A stretch of DNA of 64,000 nt. It comes from an uncultured Candidatus Saccharibacteria bacterium. GTDB lineage: Bacteria > Patescibacteriota > Saccharimonadia > Saccharimonadales > Saccharimonadaceae. The first letter of the stretch is position 1. Each line of letters starts with the position of its first letter. Positions 36,587-42,382 of this stretch are shown piece by piece. Location: NCBI GenBank assembly GCA_964596695.1, contig CAZQVE010000005.1, positions 795-64,794 on the forward strand, given 5' to 3'. The position numbers and the translations under genes were made by a program. The notes beneath the pieces were generated by a model. That model was not told the origin of the DNA. It ran no database searches and saw only the letters and a program-made list of their open reading frames with translations.

Positions 36587-36900
36587 AGGCGTTGTTTGAG
36601 ACGCCTCGTTCTTCTCCGTAGTCGTTAACTACACTGCATTGGCTCTCCTCCTTACATGGTGCCCCATATTATTTCAATGGATTCGGGAGTGTCGCTATAT
36701 TCGGATGCAGTTCCACGCCCTTCACGTAGAACCTCATTAGCGGAACATACTCGTAATGATATTAAAACATAGAACATATATAAATTAATTGGCCGACGCT
36801 GAATCTTACACATCTCAGAGGATTTACTAGTTTACCTCCGCAAGCCTCAAGTTCGTTGTGCACTTTACCAGTATGAACCCGTACTTAGTCTAACAATATA
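36587..36900. ncRNA. candidate structured non-coding RNA region (unclassified)
   Basis: No ORF of 60 aa or more in any frame. I counted 60 G+C in 120 nt for 36601-36720. Local hairpins are at 36587-36606 and 36618-36632. No tRNA, C/D-box or riboswitch signature was recognised. Confidence 0.25.
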
Positions 36901-36922
36901 GTTAACGTTACTAGAATAAAAA

Positions 36923-36954
36923 GCTTGAGGGTAAAAATCGTAAACCCCTCAAGC
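36923..36954. other. perfect 9-bp stem-loop GCTTGAGGG-N14-CCCTCAAGC
   Basis: Read directly. It is preceded by AACGTTACTAGAATAAAAA (36904-36922). An upstream CCTCAAG copy at 36845-36851 could pair with the 5' arm instead. Confidence 0.8.
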
Positions 36955-37022
36955 ATGGATGGAAATAACCCAGTACTATCCGGTAACATAAGTGAAAGAA
37001 CTAATAATATAAACGTTTAGAA

Positions 37023-37054
37023 AGATGAAAGGCAGTCCTCACAAACTTTCATCT
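37023..37054. other. perfect 9-bp stem-loop AGATGAAAG-N14-CTTTCATCT
   Basis: Read directly. It is preceded by AACGTT at 37012-37017. Confidence 0.8.
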
Positions 37055-37103
37055 CTCTAAAACAAAGGAGAATGACCGTTCCACGTCTTATGGGTTAGTG
37101 AAA

Positions 37104-37139
37104 GCTTTGGGAATATAAATGTAACCTTTGTCCCAAAGC
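37104..37139. other. perfect 9-bp stem-loop GCTTTGGGA-N18-TCCCAAAGC
   Basis: Read directly. Confidence 0.8.
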
Positions 37140-37172
37140 AATTGCTAAAAAGGATTTAGGAAATATTTTTGG

Positions 37173-37359
37173 ATTTGTGCTCAGAGTGAACCATGTACAT
37201 GCTTCAAAGCATGTACCTATAGAGATATTAGTAAGATTTATATTAAGTAGATCGCTACATAATTAAACATACCGTTTATGTAATAAAAGTATTAGTATAA
37301 AGTATCTAATACTTTTATGTGGATGTAGCAAAGCATGTACATGCTTCTATTTGTGCTCA
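37173..37359. promoter_or_regulatory. palindrome/direct-repeat cluster (candidate origin of replication or operator)
   Basis: - Direct repeats: CATGTACATGCTTC x2 and ATTTGTGCTCA x2.
- A 16-nt palindrome, AAGCATGTACATGCTT.
- A 13-bp inverted repeat (37283-37318) nested within GCTACAT/ATGTAGC.
- An AT-rich core. Confidence 0.35.
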
Positions 37360-37452
37360 AGCCTAAAAATATTTTCTTAGTGTCTTTTTTTTCTATTGTA
37401 ATAGCGTGATATGATTTATATTATGGTACAAATTAACAAAGGGGGACGAAAG

Positions 37453-37788
37453 ATGGAATTCATATTGAAAACCTTAAACGATCAGGAAATAATGACAAAC
37501 ACAAAGACGAACCCAAGGAAATCAGTTCATATAAATAAAATAGTTAATGATAAAATAAAGACTCATAAAAAAAGTTTTAAAGAGATAGGATATGACGTAA
37601 CTGATCTTCAAGTTATTAATGCTGGATTAGAAGCTTTAGATGTAGTAAAGCCAAATGACATTAATCTCATGCGATTAGAATTAAGCAAAAGAGAAACTGA
37701 AAATAGTAGAATGTTATCAACAATTGCATCATTGCATAGGACAATTCAGAAACTTAAGAAACAAAATGCAAATCCAACAAATAAGTAA
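37453..37788 (+). CDS. ribbon-helix-helix-like DNA-binding protein with a coiled-coil tail
   Basis: KSVHINKIVNDKIKTHKK...DLQVINAGLEALD fits a beta-alpha-alpha RHH layout. GGGGGA lies 7-12 nt upstream of this ATG. The ORF track starts at 37411. Confidence 0.4.
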   Translation: MEFILKTLNDQEIMTNTKTNPRKSVHINKIVNDKIKTHKKSFKEIGYDVTDLQVINAGLEALDVVKPNDINLMRLELSKRETENSRMLSTIASLHRTIQKLKKQNANPTNK

Positions 37789-39169
37789 GAACATCACTGC
37801 TTATTGGCCTGATCATTCTAACTATGAACTTTTTAAATCACTTTTATTTGGAACCGTTTCTCGCAGCTTAAAAGGGCCAAAAGAACGTTATGAATTTTAC
37901 AAGAATAAGAAAGATGGATTAGAAGGTAATGCTAAAAGATTCTTAGAAACTAATTTAGGTTTTGGTGACGAAAGTATTGCAGAACAATTTAATTTTAATC
38001 TAGAATTTCATGAAGTTCCAATTATGTTCTCTTTTGAATGGTTATATCATCCATATCAATCTCCAATAGAATCTTCTACACGATACATAAAATTAGATGG
38101 AAGTTACTATTATGACTATCCTCAGTTTAGTTATGATCTTTTGTATGATGAATTCATTGATGAAATAAAACATGGAATGAATACTTACATTAAGGCACAA
38201 GAGCCTGTAAGAAAGTTCTATGAAGAAAAGTTTCCTATTGAAAGTATAGATTGGACTGGAGTTGAAGAGGAGAATATTAAAACTAGATATGATTCTGCTA
38301 TAAAAAGCAAGACTAATGATGCTGTAAAAATATTCCTTCCTATGTCTACTAAAACTAATTTTACTACATGTCTTAATGCTCGTGCCCTGAAAAATTTATT
38401 GGTAGAATTGGCTAAATCAAATGTTCAATTTTTTGGAGCATATGATCAGATATTGATGCCATTAATTAGATATGTTCAAACTGATCCTCAAACTGAATGT
38501 CTCTTTGGTAGATTACATCAAAGTATTGTAGATGGGTTAAAACAACATCAAGACGAACTTACCAATAAAGTAGAAGCGGTATCTTGGGATATTCCTGATG
38601 GATTAACCGAACGAGTAGCAATATCGAAATTAACTCCATATACTATTCCTACTTATCCAACTAAAAGACCAAATAGATTCTGTAAGGTTCCTGAAGTATA
38701 TAGAAAGCATTTGTTTAATGTTGAGGTTTATAGTTCACTTGCTGTTATTAGAGATTTATTTAGACAAAGACCTCCATTTAAAGAAATATTTTCTATGGGT
38801 TCTGAAAAATGGGAATTGGTAGCACACAAAGACATGATAGATCATTTCCCAAGTATACTAAATGAATACAGAGAGGGATCTAAAATAAATGAACTAATTA
38901 TATCTCCTAATCCGTTAATTAAGATTGGTGCATTGCCATTAGGTATGAAGGTAAAATGGAGAATGTATGCGACTTTATATGATCTTTCTAACATAGTAGA
39001 ACTTAGAAGTGGTAGTGGTGGCTATTGGGAATATATACAGATTGCTCGTGATATTGCGACTATAATAAATAAGAATGGTTTATATGACAATTTGTTCCTT
39101 AATGCAGATATGACAACAGATTATAACGAAACATTGCCAACTCTTAGACAGGAGATGAAGAAAAAATGA
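37766..39169 (+). CDS. tandem two-domain ThyX-like (flavin-dependent thymidylate synthase-like) protein
   Basis: - First half: FNLEFHEVPIMFSFEWLYHPYQSPIESSTRYIKL, then FLPMSTKTNFTTCLNARALKNLL.
- Second half: FNVEVYSSLAVIRDLFRQRPPF, then LPLGMKVKWRMYATLYDLSNIVELRSG...WEYIQIARDI.
- Both halves follow the ThyX motif order.
- I prefer the ATG at 37766 over the track start at 37724. Confidence 0.5.
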   Translation: MQIQQISKNITAYWPDHSNYELFKSLLFGTVSRSLKGPKERYEFYKNKKDGLEGNAKRFLETNLGFGDESIAEQFNFNLEFHEVPIMFSFEWLYHPYQSPIESSTRYIKLDGSYYYDYPQFSYDLLYDEFIDEIKHGMNTYIKAQEPVRKFYEEKFPIESIDWTGVEEENIKTRYDSAIKSKTNDAVKIFLPMSTKTNFTTCLNARALKNLLVELAKSNVQFFGAYDQILMPLIRYVQTDPQTECLFGRLHQSIVDGLKQHQDELTNKVEAVSWDIPDGLTERVAISKLTPYTIPTYPTKRPNRFCKVPEVYRKHLFNVEVYSSLAVIRDLFRQRPPFKEIFSMGSEKWELVAHKDMIDHFPSILNEYREGSKINELIISPNPLIKIGALPLGMKVKWRMYATLYDLSNIVELRSGSGGYWEYIQIARDIATIINKNGLYDNLFLNADMTTDYNETLPTLRQEMKKK

Positions 39170-39211
39170 GAAATTGGTTTAAAAGAAAACTCAAAGTAGG
39201 GAGTGTACATA

Positions 39212-39349
39212 ATGGTTCATGAATGTAACGATTGCGGTTGTGAATTGGATATATGCGATAAATGTCAAAAAATTCTTTGTGAGAATTGTTACTTAAATGG
39301 AAAAGGTAAATGTAAGGAGTGTAAAAGAAGTAATGCCTTGTCCAATTAG
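39212..39349 (+). CDS. 45-aa Cys-rich zinc-finger mini-protein (below the ORF-track cutoff)
   Basis: Hand translation is MVHECNDCGCELDICDKCQKILCENCYLNGKGKCKECKRSNALSN, with 10 Cys in CxxC pairs. Confidence 0.4.
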   Translation: MVHECNDCGCELDICDKCQKILCENCYLNGKGKCKECKRSNALSN

Positions 39350-39512
39350 GTCTAAAGACGAATCTTATATAATAGCACAAGAAGCATTAAACTATTTTTA
39401 TAATGAGAAAATGAAAGCATGTGTTACTATTGATGAAGCTAAAAAAGAAATAGACGAATATGCCCAAGTTAAACGTCATATAACAAGAGCATTTGATAAG
39501 TTGGAGAATTAG
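39333..39512 (+). CDS. hypothetical protein
   Basis: The preferred start is MPCPIRSKD.... The ORF track starts at 39297, inside the preceding mini-ORF. Confidence 0.4.
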   Translation: MPCPIRSKDESYIIAQEALNYFYNEKMKACVTIDEAKKEIDEYAQVKRHITRAFDKLEN

Positions 39513-39514
39513 AA

Positions 39515-39781
39515 ATGGATTATTTTACTAGGGAATACATACGAAAAGATGTTAAAGACAAAGCAATATGTATTGTAGATGCAAGTGGTGCTAGTGGTGG
39601 AACTGCAAGTTGTGACTACCAATACAATGAAATCCATTATGATATACACTTTCATTTTCCTAAAGATATGAATCCTGAACAATTAAAACAAGTTCTAGAA
39701 GCTTTGAAAAAACCTGAAAGTTTACCTGAAGAGGTAGATACCCCAATAATTAAAAAGAAATCAAGATTCTTTTCTAGATAA
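39515..39781 (+). CDS. hypothetical protein
   Basis: 88-aa ORF separated from the upstream stop by 2 nt. Confidence 0.45.
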   Translation: MDYFTREYIRKDVKDKAICIVDASGASGGTASCDYQYNEIHYDIHFHFPKDMNPEQLKQVLEALKKPESLPEEVDTPIIKKKSRFFSR

Positions 39782-39858
39782 TTTTATATCTTCTTTTATA
39801 TTATAAAGTTCTCTGTCTACGATTCTTAGACAGGATTCTAAATACATTTTATATAATT

Positions 39859-39987
39859 CTAATGTAAATCTGAACTGTTTTTCCCACAAGTTAAACATTT
39901 TTCGTCCTTTATCCTTTCTGTTTCACATCTAAGACACATTTGACCTTCATGTTCCACAATATTTTCACAATATAGACATTGTGCCAT
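39859..39987 (-). CDS. 42-aa zinc-ribbon mini-protein (below the ORF-track cutoff)
   Basis: Hand translation is MAQCLYCENIVEHEGQMCLRCETERIKDEKCLTCGKNSSDLH, with three CxxC pairs. Confidence 0.4.
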   Translation of the reverse strand: MAQCLYCENIVEHEGQMCLRCETERIKDEKCLTCGKNSSDLH

Positions 39988-39989
39988 TT

Positions 39990-40085
39990 TTAATCATTCT
40001 CAAACACTTCATCGTTACATTCTTGACACAATCCACAAGGATTAAGTTCGTCACATTCTAATTCACAATTCCAACATTTCATCAT
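39990..40085 (-). CDS. 31-aa zinc-ribbon mini-protein (below the ORF-track cutoff)
   Basis: Hand translation is MMKCWNCELECDELNPCGLCQECNDEVFEND, with six Cys. Its stop lies 2 nt before the next mini-ORF start. Confidence 0.4.
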   Translation of the reverse strand: MMKCWNCELECDELNPCGLCQECNDEVFEND

Positions 40086-40127
40086 AGCTACCTTTTACTA
40101 GAACCGTAATAAATAGTTTTATTTTAG

Positions 40128-40147
40128 AACGTTACTAGTATATAGTA
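40128..40147 (+). promoter_or_regulatory. AACGTTACTA-GTATATAGTA box (second copy)
   Basis: Near-identical to 10362-10380. It lies 1 nt before the ATG at 40149, in a divergent intergenic region. The minus strand reads AACGTTCTAAAATAAAA toward the mini-ORFs. Confidence 0.4.
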
Positions 40148-40148
40148 T

Positions 40149-42353
40149 ATGCCTAATGATACTAAAGGCGTAAAAATGATTTACGCGTCTTCAAAAAAGA
40201 ATCCTCAATCAATTTACTATAACGGTAATTTTAATGAAAGAATCCAAATGAGAAGGCAAACAGCAAGCCCTAATCATGGAAATATTTTATCTTTTAATGA
40301 AGGAAACGAACTTGGACAACTAGATTTCTATACTTCCTCAGGTTATAATTCTGCTAAAGTTAGACCTCCTGATCATGGACGATATGCAACTCAGGGATTC
40401 ATGCAAGATAATAAAGATTGGCGTAATGTAGAATGTACTACTTATGTAAAGGTAAACGATGCTCCTGATGGTTCTGTTATTTGGTTTTTGGCACGTACTG
40501 GTAATGATCGTTATCAAAGTGGTGATTGTGAATCTTGTGGATATGAAGGGAGATTATATGTAGATGGAAGAGTTGGTGTTAATAAGAAATTTTATACTGG
40601 TGCGCTTTTTCTTAGACCTAGAGACAACGTAACTGACGATATAGAAGATCGTTGGGTCGGTTTAAAATTTATTGTTTATAATACTTCGGATGGAAATGTT
40701 GTTACTGAAATTTGGATAGATGAAAATAACAATAACAGTTGGAACCAAGCTTATACTAGTACTGATCCTGGAGGATTTGGTAATGCTGGTGAACACTGTA
40801 ATGCAGATGAGGGTGAAAGAATCACTTGGGGTGGGCCTATTGTTTCTTTATATTGGTCTGTTGAAGACCTTGAAAAATCAGTAGAATTCCAAAAAATTTC
40901 AATTCGAGAAATAGATAAAGGCGAAGATTTTGGTAACGAAAATGATAGTGATATAGATGATGACGATGATGATAGTGATGATGGAAATAATACTAGTGGC
41001 TCTGGAGGAATGGTAGATAAATATGGTGTACGTTCCCGTTATGCTACAGGGAAAATACGTTATGATCCTGATGAGAATTTTAGAGATGATGGAAAGAGAT
41101 GGGACTTTGACGTTGGTGCGGATGAATTTGTCTCTTGTGAACTAAGAGGATATTTCAAATGTTCTTCTGATCCGAACGATGATGTAGCGGGTAAAATGGG
41201 AGGGGGACAACATCACGACGGAAGTGAACCTAAATGTTATGTTCTTGATATTGGAACAGATGGTAGTAACATTAGACTTAGATATGAAGAGGATCATCCT
41301 TCTACTCCTGAATTAGATGGAAGTGCTGGTGATGGTAGTGGTAACGGTAAAGGTTTAGTAGGTGCATATGTTGGATATTGTTTCGTTAAAAGAAATCTTA
41401 GTAATGGAAATGTTTTACTCCAAATATGGCAGGATAAAGGTAATAACGAAGGTGAAGGAGACGAAGATTCTGGCCCTGCTAATGAATGGGAATTAGTAGG
41501 TTCATGGGAGGATAGTGAACTTCAATGGCAAGATCCTCCAAGTGATCATGCTGAAACTATTCGTATAGACAATGATGCGGGTCATAATTTAGAAGCAAAA
41601 TGGATAGCGTTACATGAAATTTTAGACAGTGATAGTGAAGACCCTAGTCAAGGGGGTAGCGATAATGGTACCGGAGGTTCTGGAGGTGGTGACGATAGCG
41701 GTGGTACCGGAGATGGTACCGGAGGTACTGGATCAGGGCCTTCAACTCCTCCGGCTCCTCCTGCCCCTCCAAGAGAAGTTTACCAAACTGCATACTTAGA
41801 ATTGATGTGGAATATTAACTATATCTCTGGAGATCCTTGTAATGTAAATGCTCCTCCAGAAGGATTTCCCCCACAACAGGTCATTAGTGTTACTGGTACT
41901 GATGCGTATATCAACATAGGAAGAGATCTTATGACTGGAGGTTGGTTTATCAATAAAAACTCGGTACTGATCGGTAAGAAAATACGGCAATTAGATATTG
42001 TGGGTAAAAAGGAAGGATCGCCTACGGGATTAATTAGAATTAGAATATATGACAAAACCAATACTGTAGTACAGGAATTTGATAACACAAGAGATGCTAG
42101 TACCTTTACTGCTAATGATGAAACATATGAATTTGATTGTTTGTCGCCTAATAGAGTTTTACAGGAAGGCGACAGAATAAGTATAGACTTTTGGGGGAGT
42201 GGTATAGTAGTAGATACGGTTAATTATTTACGTATAAAGATTGCTGACAAAGATGAAGCTGATTCTACTGCAACTTGTTTGTTCATTAGTGATGATAATC
42301 GCAACATAGAAGTTACGGAACCCCTTGATTTAGCTGGTAGCATATATATATAG
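40149..42353 (+). CDS. multi-domain lectin/jelly-roll-like protein (two related beta-sandwich domains plus a C-terminal KK-GSPTG domain)
   Basis: 734 aa.
- Domain A (aa 1-255) and domain B (aa ~288-492) share (W/Y)VG(L/Y)KF...(D/N)GNV...IW.D..NN.
- Asp-rich and Gly/Pro-rich linkers separate the domains.
- Domain B is paralogous to the C-terminus of 47553-48824.
- The C-terminal domain matches the repeats of 60030-63866. Confidence 0.6.
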   Translation: MPNDTKGVKMIYASSKKNPQSIYYNGNFNERIQMRRQTASPNHGNILSFNEGNELGQLDFYTSSGYNSAKVRPPDHGRYATQGFMQDNKDWRNVECTTYVKVNDAPDGSVIWFLARTGNDRYQSGDCESCGYEGRLYVDGRVGVNKKFYTGALFLRPRDNVTDDIEDRWVGLKFIVYNTSDGNVVTEIWIDENNNNSWNQAYTSTDPGGFGNAGEHCNADEGERITWGGPIVSLYWSVEDLEKSVEFQKISIREIDKGEDFGNENDSDIDDDDDDSDDGNNTSGSGGMVDKYGVRSRYATGKIRYDPDENFRDDGKRWDFDVGADEFVSCELRGYFKCSSDPNDDVAGKMGGGQHHDGSEPKCYVLDIGTDGSNIRLRYEEDHPSTPELDGSAGDGSGNGKGLVGAYVGYCFVKRNLSNGNVLLQIWQDKGNNEGEGDEDSGPANEWELVGSWEDSELQWQDPPSDHAETIRIDNDAGHNLEAKWIALHEILDSDSEDPSQGGSDNGTGGSGGGDDSGGTGDGTGGTGSGPSTPPAPPAPPREVYQTAYLELMWNINYISGDPCNVNAPPEGFPPQQVISVTGTDAYINIGRDLMTGGWFINKNSVLIGKKIRQLDIVGKKEGSPTGLIRIRIYDKTNTVVQEFDNTRDASTFTANDETYEFDCLSPNRVLQEGDRISIDFWGSGIVVDTVNYLRIKIADKDEADSTATCLFISDDNRNIEVTEPLDLAGSIYI

Positions 42354-42382
42354 GCAATCGCCCATGTAATCTTCTATCGGAG

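Noticed and set aside
36587-36900. tRNA gene(s) in the GC-rich blocks (also checked at 26051-26232)
   Set aside because: There is no GTTCGAATC or TTCAAAT-type T-loop with flanking complementary 5-bp stems on either strand, and no cloverleaf could be drawn. A GGGGCACCA string on the minus strand has no matching acceptor stem.
36923-37139. Possible mini-CRISPR array, as carried by some archaeal viruses
   Set aside because: The three hairpins have different stem and loop sequences. There are no identical direct repeats with regular spacers and no leader-like arrangement.
36524-37140. Cobalamin riboswitch or long 5' UTR controlling the B12-dependent RNR
   Set aside because: A TATA-like box sits only about 29 nt from the RNR start codon, so the GC-rich block lies upstream of the likely promoter. 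I found no B12-box-like sequence. Riboswitches of this class are essentially bacterial.
39144-39380. 78-aa minus-strand ORF
   Set aside because: It is antisense to the tightly coupled plus-strand mini zinc-finger ORF and to the 39333 gene. Its composition is Phe/Tyr/Ile-rich and low complexity.
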